In this document: one piece after another, positions 13,119-25,791 of the stretch
Layout of the letters: each line of letters opens with the position of its first letter
Numbering within the stretch: position 1 is the first letter of the stretch
From: Phoronis australis
Lineage: Eukaryota; Animalia; Phoronida
Assembly (NCBI GenBank): GCA_002633005.1
Contig: NMRA01000342.1
Coordinates: forward strand, 272,056 to 336,055
Direction of reading: 5' to 3'
DNA: 64,000 nt
Notes under the pieces: generated by a model
Database searches by the model: none
What the model saw: the letters and a program-made list of their open reading frames with translations, nothing else
Told to the model about the DNA's origin: nothing
Translations under genes and position numbers: made by a program

Positions 13119-14539
13119 AAGATGGGTAAATTGTGTGCGTGTTAAAAACTGAAAGTTGATAGATATCTCATCAGATCCCCAGAGACACATCTCCACCCAA
13201 AACTGGGCTCACTATCATCTTCTGGGCCCTTGTTGCATCAGTTCACACTCCCACACAGCTGCTCATCAAGGGTTGAAGTTGAAGCAATCAAACCTCTTCA
13301 ACCTGTCTAGAGGGAATTCCCAAATGATTTGTGTATTGCCTAGTTGACATGTCCCTTTAGAATATGCCAAGGTGATTACAAGTCCAACTTCATTAATGCA
13401 GCAGGCCATAACTTTTATTGAACAAGAGGCTGGCATGTTGGAGCCTGAGTACACTGGTACTTGGTAGAACTTTGCCTTTTATAGAGACTCCTTACACAAT
13501 TTATCAACCCATAACATAATTTTATCTCTTTTCAGCAAACCTGGAACTTAAAAACATCTGCAATTCATCAAATTTAAACTGATGGCCAGCTGACAAGGCA
13601 GAACAAGTGGCCTTATTCTCCAGTTGGGGTTTCACATGAAAGGGGTTTTTGTTTTCAAATTTAATCCAACCTGATACTGACACCTTGGAAACTTTGCTTT
13701 AGGCAACTGTCCTTAGACAAGTTCATGTTTCCGTAGTGTTGTTTTGAAAAGCTGAACAACATATACTACAGTAAAAACTATCCAGTTTGGTACAGTCTCT
13801 AAAATTTGGGACATGGAAATTGCAGCAGAAATTGAAATTTCTTGATTCCAAGGATTGGGGTGAGCGTTCATCATATTTCTCAATTTTCGGACGTTGCATT
13901 TCGTATCAACTAAGTCTGACAACAGGAAGTTCATAAAATCGTCGCAAAAAACTGCTAACACAACCTTTTCATGCGTCCCGTGTGTAGGATTACAGAGAAT
14001 GGTCATCATGTCATGGATTTGGGACGGCCGATATTGTCTATTTCTAAAACTTGGAACAAGTTCAAACCTTGAGAAAAATGATTTTCTTACTGTTCCAAAC
14101 TGGTCAATTTTTTCCATAACAGACACACATGCGGTGTATGACGACGAAGATGACGAAGTGATGAAGAAATGATGAAGAACTTAAGCTAATAGCCATTTTC
14201 TTTTTGTTGATGTCACGAAATATTCAGGTTTAAAATTTTGGACGGCTGAAAATTCCAACTTTTGTATCCAAAAAAATTCTGGTAAAAATTTGGAATTTCA
14301 GACCAAAGCCAAACAATCCAGCTAGAAAGTTCCAAAAGTCAACGCTTTTAAGATGTGTAGTTTTCTAATTTCTGTCCGATTCGTGGCTGAATTTTCCTTA
14401 TACATGCTAATATTTTAGGCAAAAAGCAACAAAGTTACTAATATTTGCGATTTAACCATATTTCTATCAGGCCAAGAAAATGTGTTGTTGGGTCTGGTTT
14501 CCATGATGACTCAATTTGAGAAATACACTTACCCAAAAA

Positions 14540-15643
14540 AAAAAAAATGCCCTACGCATCAATTCCAGCCAATGCTTCCAGTCTGAGAGTCACATAGTGG
14601 GGACACATGACAGTATTTTCTAAATACTGGGTCAACCAAAAAGTTTATATTTTGAATTTCTAATGCACGAATACTTTATCCCCACAAAACAAGAACTGGA
14701 CTCTGTTACCCTATCATTTTCCTTGACTTCAGATTTCAAACCAAAATTGACTTCACATTTCAACCCATTCAGTTAAAGGAACTGTCAGTCCCTTAAATTT
14801 CCACCATGTTGTCCTTGAATTTTTATATGAACTGTGCATAACACAGAAAGGTTATACTTTAAAATCAAACCAACTTCCTACCAAGTGATTGCATAATCGT
14901 CTGGTAGAAGTTTGGTAAAATTTGTCAAAACATAGTCAGCCCATGAAAAATCTTACTATCATACTAGCTGAGTTACGATTGTATGGAAAATTTTCAGTAC
15001 CCAGGACACAGGGGCTGCGTGTCCAAAACTCACCCATAATTTAAAATCTGAAATATTTCAATAGGATATGCAGCTCGCATTTCCAAGGTCGNAAAAAAAT
15101 GCCCTACGCATCAATTCCAGCCAATGCTTCCAGTCTGAGAGTCACATAGTGGGGACACATGACAGTATTTTCTAAATACTGGGTCAACCAAAAAGTTTAT
15201 ATTTTGAATTTCTAATGCATGAATACTTTATCCCCACAAAACAAGAACTGGACTCTGTTACCCTATCATTTTCCTTGACTTCAGATTTCAAACCAAAATT
15301 GACTTCACATTTCAACCCATTCAGTTAAAGGAACTGTCAGTCCCTTAAATTTCAACCATGTTGTCCTTGAATTTTTATATGAACTGTGCATAACACAGAA
15401 AGGTTATACTTTAAAATCAAACCAACTTCCTACCAAGTGATTGCATAATCGTCTGGTAGAAGTTTGGTAAAATTTGTCAAAACATAGTCAGCCCATGAAA
15501 AATCTTACTATCATACTAGCTGAGTTACGATTGTATGGAAAATTTTCAGTACCCAGGACACAGGGGCTGCGTGTCCAAAACTCACCCATAATTTAAAATC
15601 TGAAATATTTCAATAGGATATGCAGCTCGCATTTCCAAGGTCG
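14540..15643. other. ~552-bp direct duplication across an N (15092); probable allelic contig-overlap artefact
   Basis: 14540-15091 equals 15093-15643 except two substitutions seen (gcacgaa/gcatgaa, ttccacc/ttcaacc). Confidence 0.8.
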
Positions 15644-16952
15644 AAAATCATGTAAGAGGTAGGTTGACAAAATTCAATCTCAGGTCGAAATACAGACTGG
15701 TGCAATTTTCCAGGTCGAAATAGCAAAATCCTGGTCAAAAGGGTCACCTATACTGCACTGTTTCTTATGTACCAGACTGTTGAAATACATTTGTCTGAAT
15801 GCTGTTGATGGCTTTGGATTATTCACCTTCCTCACTTGCTACATCTTCCAATGACAGATGTTTCATCTTGTTTCATTCACACATACCAACTCAACAGTTT
15901 CCCCCTTCCATTATCCCATGTTTATGTTGGCCAGTGACCATGGGGCATTAAACACTATAAACCCCAGGAAACTGACAATGACAATTTTAGCAACAATTCT
16001 AGTACAAAATTAATGACATTCTGGTATTCATTATTCAAAACAAATTGTGCTGGGCTGAATTAGAAATTACACTAACCCTGCCACTTGAAATGTGGTTTCT
16101 GCCAGTGCTTCACATAAAACCAAGAAATTGCGACAGATCATAAATTCTTTCAGAACTGTCTGTCAGAAAGTCTTCTCTGGCTAAACAGAGTTCCACTAAG
16201 ACTGTCTACCTAACAGTGAAAGGATATTAGGCAAAAACAGCAGTCGATGTTTGTTGTTCTTTAGTTGACTAGAAGAGACAGGCCAATGCACATGACTGCA
16301 TGTCTTCCAGAGCCCAATATTACAATATCTTTCATAATAAGACCAATCTATGTCTAGTTTCCCATAAGAGTTAGGCCCCATCAGTATCTGCCACAATAAG
16401 ACCAGTGTATACAACAGATTGCCCATAAGAGTTCCATAAGAAGAATGCGTAGGCTAATTCTCCAACTATTTCCCACAAAAATAAATGCCATAATTAGCAT
16501 TTTCCCATATTTCAATGGCTGATTACTGCTTTGCAAAAATGGGAACATGGACATTTAAGGCATTTACGCAAATGGTTGTTTCTAGAAATTACTTCAAGAC
16601 TCTAGTAACGAATTGTATAAAATGTAGTAGGAGAATACTAGTCTTGTATTTCTGGTCGGATTAAGGAGCAACTGAAACTCTTAATATTTGTTAATAAAAA
16701 ATGAGCATGTGTCATAGATTTTGGGAGCTAGAATTTGCGTGAAACGCCGGACATTCACTTAAGACACGGTCCCTTCCAATGAAGTCTCGGAGGTGTAAAG
16801 TGGGGGTGGGTGGTAAGCCGAGTATGGAAGTGGCTGTTGGGCAAATGGGAATAACATGGTTCACAGCAGAAACACTAGAGTTAGAATTAAAAGGATTCTA
16901 GGTATCAATCAAAGGAAAGCTTGGCATTCTTATTACGTTACAGTATTTAGTG

Positions 16953-17009
16953 TCCCCACATGACCCATGGATCCCCACATGACCCATGGATCCCCACATG
17001 ACCCATGGA
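16953..17009. repeat. 19-bp tandem repeat CCCCACATGACCCATGGAT x3
   Basis: Direct reading. Confidence 0.9.
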
Positions 17010-18018
17010 CCACAACACAGAGAGGTCTTTAACAGGCATTGTTCATTTGTTGACCAATCACCTTTTGTAACTACTATTGATAGAAGAAAAAACAGAATGA
17101 AAGACTGTTGAAGTATAAACCTGTTGATTAACCCAGTTTTATCATGCAACCACGGGCTTACAATGTCATAATGCCAAAGAAAACATATTGATATGGACTC
17201 TCCAGCAAATGTTAACAATTTAATCAAAGTTCATGGAAGGCACATATTCAAATCCTTGTCCAAATCCGGTACATATTCGCGCGTCAACAGGTTCCCATAA
17301 ATAAGAGTGACCATGAATGAGTACAGCCCACACTTATTAAGAAATGATATCACAAAGGCTTGAGTCACAAATCATGGAAATTAGATTAAAAAATGTAGGC
17401 AGAAAATCCGGATGAAGGAACGTGCAACTAGTACCAAACACATGTACATCCACCAAGGGTCTTACTTGTGATACTGGCGTTAGAGAAAACAAGTTCATTT
17501 GACTTTGTACTGAGAGTGCAATCCATTGCTACCATTACATAGCTAAAGGGCATTGTTAGTACAATGGCCATCTGTATTTGGGATTTTTGGCTAAACATTT
17601 ACCATTTCTCAAAAGCTGAACAATTAAGAATTGCCAGCAAACTCCAAATATTGGCTGTCAAACTCCACATTTCAGATGATGTAAAAAATAACTGGTTATG
17701 GTCTTTGGTCGATTAGAAAATCAATGTATTCGTGCAGTCTTTTTCGTTGCCTTCTTTTTCAAAAAAATCCACCCAAGTTGAACGAAAGTGACATTTTTTA
17801 CTCAAATGAAACCAGTCGTCAACACTCATGGGGTTGGCTTGTGTAGGTCTGGGGCCAGTGTGTTAAGAGAAGTCTATACCTCACTGTACATTGGAGTCAG
17901 TGTTTGAGAGATCCAGTCTCACCGGACTTTTTAAAACCTTAACTTGAATGCCTTTGCGGGGTTTTCAAAAAAGTTTGATACCTGGGCTGAAATTGACGCA
18001 GGTGGATGTATTTTCTTT

Positions 18019-18524
18019 AGGCCCTTTCATATTGACTTAACTCCGGTCTGAGCGGAGCGTCGACGTAAACAGCGCAGTTAACTGGACCGTTCATATTGGC
18101 TTCGGTAGTTAATGACCATCGAAGAAAAGGGTTGGTGACGCTGACGTCATCGAAGTTATCGCAAGGTAGCGCTGCACGCTAAGATTTTTTTCAATGTGAC
18201 AATTTGGAACATTTAAATGTGCTAAATGACAGTAAACTCATTTTTAAATCGATTGGTTATCATTAAAGCAAACAATAAGTAGTTATTAGTGACGGCACTA
18301 CTCTGTAACTGTTGACGATAACAGTGACACCTGGCGATAACTTCGATTGGACCGGAGTTAAGCGTTCATACTGCACCGCAGCGTCGACGCTGCGGTCTTA
18401 AATCCACCTATTAACTGCGATGTTAACTGGAGCTCTTAACTGCGATCCAGGACCGGAGTTAAGCGTTCATACTGACCGCAACTCCCCAAACCATCGACGC
18501 GTCGACGTTAGTATGAAAGGCCCT
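18019..18524. mobile_element. PIF/Harbinger-type MITE
   Basis: TIRs AGGCCCTTTCATATTGAC and GTTAGTATGAAAGGCCCT in TTA-like flanks. Internal repeated GGACCGGAGTTAAGCGTTCATACTG and GTCGAC-rich subterminal motifs. Confidence 0.75.
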
Positions 18525-19293
18525 TTAAAATAAGGAGCTCTGGTTTCAAAACGAGTTGGGGTACAGACCAGAATCAACAACGATCTTTTGGTCCACCAAG
18601 GATAACAAGAGATAGTATAAATACGCAGTACCCTAATCAGCGCTCTTCAAGATTTGTAACATCAAACAGAGTGCAGTGGGTGCATTTCAGCTGGGCCATG
18701 GTTCTACTAAATACCCCTGTCCATAAACTTACTAAATAAAATGCAAATACCACAGAACAACTGTAAACAAAGGTTTCAAGAGGGCCGCTCACCACATAAA
18801 ACGCAAATAAGTAAAGGGTTTACTCAACCAAATCATGAAATAGTCCCATGCCTTTACAGGACAGGATAAACATTAATGTTCACCCCCTGAGACCATTCAC
18901 TGTCCTGGCAAGTGAAAGGATTGTCAAAATGCTATCATCAGTTTGGACAATATAGAACAAGTCTTCCAAGATAGGGATCGAACAAATCAATTACAGCTAC
19001 CTGCAGAAAGTAACTGTTATCATAGCACGGAAATATTATAGCTCCCTTTATTTTTTCAGATTTCTTCTTGATAATCATGTTTATGCCATAAGTGTGACAA
19101 AATAATACTTTACAATTGATGTGTCGCAAATTAACAATCAGGACAGACTTAAAGTTTGGTGGCGAAGTGATAATTAAAAATCCATAATTAGGATTATTTT
19201 TTTAATTTTTAGAACCTGGTCCAATCTTCCCATATTTCACGATTTACGACTTAATTGAACAATTGCTTTCAAAATAAGAGCTAAATGTCCTAC

Positions 19294-19350
19294 CTGTATG
19301 ACGCACAAGCACAGAAGCACTGCTACAGTTCCAAATCTACTGTCCTTCAT
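19294..19350 (-). CDS. Candidate alternative first coding exon (signal peptide MKDSRFGTVAVLLCLCVIQ) of a short isoform of the THSD4-like gene
   Basis: ATG with purine at -3, in-frame upstream TGA, n-region plus hydrophobic core, donor CAG|GTAGGA in phase 0. Candidate acceptor (tctgttag) would start the exon at 19435. Confidence 0.55.
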
Positions 19351-20974
19351 CGCAGACTCGGTGAACGAGAAATTGTTTTTCTTCGCAAAAACCAATCAGA
19401 AAAGGGACTGGTCCTTCAAAATGTTCCAGTCAACACTAACAGATTAAACAACTGCCGATAAGGTGATGCCAATCAATTGAATTTAAACTATCTTAGAGCT
19501 AGTCCAAGAAGTTATTCAAACTATTCAGAAATCCTGTCAGTCTAGATTCTGATTGGCACCGGTGCTAATAATCTTGTTACTCGGTCAAAACGATACAGGG
19601 CTCAAAGATTCAGTATCTAGCTCTTTTTACAACTGTTATTTAATATAGTGTACACACAGAGTAAACAGAATCAAAAGGCATGGGTTGGTTTAAGCCATCA
19701 GTGCCCTGAGGGAGGTCGGACCAGGAATGGCTGACAATCAGTTAACCAATGATTGAACACCAGTAGCAACCCATAAGTAGCAGCAGATGAATAGCAGACG
19801 ACCTGTGGTAGCACTGGGATTAGTAAGCTAGAGATTCAGGCCCAGCACAGATATGATAACCATGTCTATTTTTGGCATGATAGAAAATAGACCTTTGCAG
19901 CATTTGATCACACAACTCCCAATAAAAAGCAAAAGTTCACAGAATAATAACAGAAATCATTAAAAATTCAAATTGCTATAGAGTATTTTCATACAGTCAA
20001 TTGCTCATAGGTGTTCATAGGTCTGCTTCTAGCATTTTGTTCAATGACATGTCACATGACCACTTGTTGTTTGACATGAAAATCCGCATTCCAGGAACCT
20101 TTGCTGGACCCAAGCAGACACAGTGACAGACCTCTAGGAATGCAGTGATTGACAGCTGGGGGCTGTGTCCTGGTGTGGAATTTGACCAATCAATAGCCAA
20201 GAGGGTAAACATGTAATTTAGAGAACCATGAAATACAGAACAATGTATTCACCATCTAGCTTCTATGCAAAAATTAACAGTTGCACACACAACCGAACAG
20301 AAAATGAAGACATATATTTATAAAACTTATGACACTGAGGAATTTATATTCAGGGTATGACAACCTAAAAGGAGATTCAACAGAAGGTCTCAGGGTGGTT
20401 ACACATAACTGCAATTAACATGTTGTCCACATCTTGAAATATCTAAGTAACTAGCAAATGTCAGCCTACTAAAATGTAATTTCTTAAGTTACAAGACAAG
20501 GCGAATCTGAATGTAATTCCATAGTTTTTTTTTAGGCAATTTGTTTAAATTTGAAAAATAGTGTTCAGCAGATTTCTATAAAAAAGCGACTCTAGTTTTA
20601 ATGAAAACATTAAATGATAATTAAAAGTTTTCATAAAAAAATTTGAGACAATTTTTTGTAATTGAGAAATTGTGCAGTAAGAAAATTCAATATTTGAAGT
20701 TAAAATCTGCAGACTCTTTCTTGAGATATCAAGTTCAGAAATTTGAAGCCGTGACTGCATAAAATCAACAGTTCTCACCATTTTTGTTCTATATTTATGT
20801 TCCAAACTATGTATGTTGGTCCTCAGAAACTGAAATGTATTCAACATTTTTTCATTTTTGAAAGAATTGCTTAAAATCGGCAGAAGTACAGGGTGTAACT
20901 TCATAACCTATAGTGGGCACTGTAAACTTTAATCACACTGAAGTAAAATTTATAACCAATACTTAAGTTGAGAA

Positions 20975-21782
20975 ATAAAGAATCCTACACGAGTCTCAGG
21001 TTTATGACGTGGGCAAAACCTCCTGGAAAATTCATCAAAATCCCTCACGCGAGATTTTGACGAAATTTCCAAGAGGATATGCCCATGTCATAAATCTGAG
21101 ACGAGTGTTGCATTTGTTTTCCCACATGAACTGTAAAAACCATCTTTTTGCCGAAAAACTCGACGTGTCTAAAACTTTCAACCATATAACATAACTTTTT
21201 AAAAAACATGCTTGCGCAATGTAAAGTAATTCAGTTACTTTTTTTAAAAGTTTTATTTTAAGCTTAACAATTGTGAATTGTCAGCTTTCATAGGAATTAT
21301 TCAAGTTAGAATCTAATAAATAGTCATTGAAGTTGTAACATTAAAACTTAAATAATATTAGTAAATAACAGTCAACAAGGCTTCCCCGCACGTGAGCACT
21401 GAATTGACCTTGAGACAGCACAGCTAGAAAGTCTCGCTGTACTTCTTGAGTTGGGGCTCGTCTCCGTTTGAATGAACGTGGATATGGAATTCGCCGCTGA
21501 AGATGGGTCCGTTTAAGAAGTTGTTTGCATGTCCATCCATTTAGAGTATGTACCATTGCGACACCCGATTTGTCAATCATAACCTTGTCACCTTCTCGGA
21601 ATTCCGGCATTGTTTGGTTGGTGTGCGTTTGGTTGTTTTAGTGTTTTGCAGACGATAAAATGTAAGGTGTAAGGATGTCTACTTTGCACTACTTTGTGAT
21701 TCGCCCATGTAATATCAAAAATTACGTACTTGGTGTTATAAACCAGTTGTGTTGTAACACATTCCAGGTCATTTGAGAAATT
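20975..21782. mobile_element. ~800-bp dispersed repeat, copy 1 (non-autonomous element, family unassigned)
   Basis: Reverse complement of 46688-47485 along its length (e.g. tctactttgcactactttgtgat / atcacaaagtagtgcaaagtaga). Confidence 0.85.
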
Positions 21783-22454
21783 GAGATCCATTTATTTTGG
21801 CAGAGAAATTGAGAAAATAAATTTCTATTTTTCACCATATTTGAATTTAAGAAACTTAGCACTAAACTCAGGTGTACTGACTAAAAACACAGTTGAATGA
21901 ATAATCATCCCCAATTCTTAACACAGTTGGATAACTTCACAAATACGAACCAGGGACTGAGTACTCAAGTAATCCTAAAGTCAATATTAGAATCTTGGGC
22001 TCATGTGGCCTCTAAAGACAGGAGATGGGCTGGGAAGTGACCCGGGGCCTGACTGAAGGTGATAATACTATGGATATGACATATGACATAAGATAAAGAT
22101 AAAGTTGGCAGTACATGTGGAACATACTCACTAGGTACTTATTGACTGTGAAATAACTTTGATTATGGCTCAGTATCAGTACGGAACCCGATGACACAGA
22201 TCCGCAATTTAGGCTCGCGCTAGACATTTAAAGGTATTACGCACAATGGCTAAAGCATCTGAACACTATTAGCCATTTTTAAAATTATTAGACAAATACT
22301 TTCTCTTTTCCCAACCCCGCAATTGATAAAAGTAGTACTTTTTATTTTTCGTGTTTTATACAGGTCCTTTTCCTAATGTTCTATAAGGTAAGATGTTTGC
22401 CTTAAGAAAAAAAAACAATGATCAACATTGGAGGGGATGTCAGTCAACATGGTT

Positions 22455-22710
22455 TCATTATGACCTAAAAAGTTTGGGCAGAAGTTTACCCTATACCCGA
22501 GTTACTGCGTGGGTACCCTCAGGCCACATGGGTACTTAAATGATGTTGACCTTAAAAAATTGGGCAAGGGTTCCCCCTATCCCCGGGTTATGGCAGGGGT
22601 ACGCGGCCAAATGGGCATTTCCTTGATGTTGAGCTTAAAAAAAATTGGACAGGGATTCCGCCCTATCCCTGGGTTATAGCGGGGGTACGCCGGCCACGTG
22701 GGCATTTTGA
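22455..22710. repeat. 86-bp tandem repeat x3 (degenerate)
   Basis: CCCTAT.CC.G.GTT recurs at 22489, 22575 and 22661. Confidence 0.75.
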
Positions 22711-24267
22711 TGGGCAAGACGCAACCAAAAACGTTAAACAAAACTTGTGGCTAGCAAAATAAAGCTAAATCGTCCAGAGTAGGTAATACAAAACTCATGA
22801 AATAACAAACTGACATTTACATTACCTTGATTTCTTTCGACCGTCGCCAAAATTCAAACATGCCCCAGTCTCTCAATAACTTTTTGCACTCGCGACATTT
22901 AGCGAGCTGACTACGTATGATATGTGACGTATTTCTGATTTAAAAATAGATAATACACATTTACTCTTTGAAAAGAAGACCCGTCAATGCAAAGTCTCAA
23001 ACAATATTTGACATGACAAATTAGGCGTTGAAAATAGGTCAAATATGTAATGAATTAGGAGATTCACGTAATTAAAGCTTGAGTTCAAATAGAATGTTTG
23101 AGACAGCTCAACTCAGCCCAGTTTTATTCCCCCAGGTAATTCAACCCTGTCAGACTGGCTCACACCACTTCGTAAGAAATTTCTAGCAGACTTAAAAGTT
23201 CTTTAAGAAAATCCTTGTACCAGACCAATGGCCAGGTCAAGTACACCGAATACTGCATTTTCTTTTCCATAAATATCATAATTTTTTATATTTATCTAAT
23301 CACGTGTTCCCATCCATTCCTTCTATTGATGAACCTCATAGAATTTGAATAATCAGGCTCATCCCAGGTACAGGAAATAAGCTATGTGAACACCGACACT
23401 GAATGAGGGGTTTGAAACTCAGGTGGCGCTAGTGGAACTTAAGCATTCCTTCAAAAATACGCACTCAGGAAATGAGTCTCCCAATCTAATTGTAAAATCA
23501 CACGTGTCTAAAAAATTTAACAATTAGGAGATTAGTGAGTGGTAAATGACTCAAAATTGTTCTTTGCTCGTTCATTCGTTCATTCGTTCCATTCCTTCAT
23601 TCATTCTCCTTTTCATTTTCCAAAATTGCATTCAACACGACACCTTTGTCTGCAACATGTACTTCTAGCAGAACACTCAAGCCTCATTCAATGCCATTTC
23701 TGCTGAAGTTATTTCCAGAGACACTACATGTAGTAAAATCACGCCAATTTAGGACACCAGATGGCGCACGAGTGAAACGGATTCTTCTTTCATTTCTTTT
23801 TGTAAAAGAACAGCAGCAGCACATAAAATGCCTTATGGTTCTTGAATGTTGCACCATAGTTAACATCAGACAATGTTTTGAGATAATGTTAACAATCACA
23901 ACAATGTTGGAAATCGCTTGAGAAATGAAAGGAAGTTAATTTCAGCAAAAAAAAAATTTTTGTCTAAAACTGGTGAGATTTTAGACAGACACATTTTGAA
24001 AAAAGCTATAGTACCCGCTCAATGTGGGATAATGGACATGTTACAGTAGCCAAGTAAACACAAAGGTTACAATGTAAATAACAGCAAACCATCTCCAAAA
24101 CAAACCCAAATTAATACCAACCCCTGAGGGGAGTTGATACTACAGAGACAAATTTCTTACTAATATGTAGTAAAAAGGGCAAAAGATATTTTTGTGAGCT
24201 GGGAACACGTTCTTACTGACTTCTGCTGTGGGAGTCTCTTGGAGATAGATTAATAATTGGAAAGCTA

Positions 24268-24298
<31 letters not shown>

Positions 24299-24304
24299 GT
24301 GTGT
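24268..24304. repeat. (TG)n microsatellite
   Basis: Direct reading. Confidence 0.95.
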
Positions 24305-25515
24305 TTATAACAGTCAGCCAAATCTTTTGATACAGAATAATTCTCTGTTCGATTATGACATTAGCCACAATATAGAACACCAGTTTGCATCAGGTGCCCT
24401 CAAAATGCTAGAGACATTACTACAAGCCAGTGTTACCTTCAACTGTCTACAACACATCATCTATCTCAACAGTGAACAAAGAACAAAACAAGTAAATACT
24501 GGAATGTAAATTAGGCTAGAAAAATTCCGGTAACACAACCACATTAAACAGTCCTTGGTCAGTTGACTGCCTGCTCACAAACTGCGCAGTGGGCATGTAT
24601 ATTTCAGACAAAGGGCATTTTCAAAGCCCACCAGAAGGGGGCAACACAACTCATGGCATTTTCATTTTCTTTTGGGGGTGGGGGACACAGCAGATAAATG
24701 AAAACAATTCCTGTAAAAGGACGGAAATTCGAGGAATTTTAAAATCAATGGGAGCAAGCTAATTTGAAGCTGAATAGGGTGTTTTAGATATAATCTCGTG
24801 TATCTGTCTAATTTCGCAATATAAGACATGTCATGCGTATATACTAAGGATAAACCAATCAATGAGGTGTAACAAAAGTTCGGCATATTTCACAGTCTAT
24901 AAACCCCCAAAAGAATTCTGGATGGATGAGTATTGTATTACAAATTGAGGCGACCAATGAATTCTATCAGATCCTCAAGTGTGGAAATGACTACTTTTCA
25001 TACAATGGCGAAGGAACGCAATTAATGCTGTACATCAGTGCTCTATAAAAGAATTTGAAAATAGCGCTATGACAAGGCGACACAAAAGGATCACTTTAAT
25101 GTTATTAAGGACCTTAACAACAAGTTTTGTATTTAGCCAAATACCTACAAAACTACAAATTTTAACTCAGTGAAGGTATGGATTTCTGAAAGTAGATATC
25201 CTGTGGAATTTGATTTTTGACTTTTACCAAATCTTCAATTAATTGGGTCACGTGACTGTGTCTATTTAGTAAAATTAAGCAACTTTGCTAATGAATCGTT
25301 TCATTTGTTTCATGCAACTGACAGATAGACACTTAAGCAAAACAAGAATACTTTAAAAATAATAATCCTAAAAGGGTTTTAAAGAAGAGTGTGCAAGACA
25401 TAAGACTCCTATCAGACAGTTCTGAAATATGATGCTCTGAAGTTAAATTTGGACATTTTTCTAAGGTCCCGCATAAACGTAATGACACTAAACACCATAG
25501 TAGATACTAATAACT

Positions 25516-25791
25516 GGCAATCGCTGCACAAATAAAAAAGTGCATGTTTATTCAACGTTTCTTTCGTCTATTTATTAGACATCATCAAGACATATACAAT
25601 CAGATAGCAAGTGTCGACATACAGGTTACATCCAATAGTGAAATGAGAGAAGTAAGAAATACTCTCATTTCACTACATGGATGTAACAGGTTGACTGGTA
25701 TGTCGACACTTGCTGTCTGATTGTATATATCCTGATGATGTCTAATGAAGTGAAATGAACATGAACTTTTCTATTTGTGCAGCGATTGTCC
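25516..25791. repeat. ~275-bp palindromic foldback element carrying Penelope-type hammerhead-like motifs
   Basis: Arms ggcaatcgctgcacaaata...tagtgaaatgagag and ctctcatttcacta...tatttgtgcagcgattgtcc around a ~12-nt loop. Confidence 0.85.
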
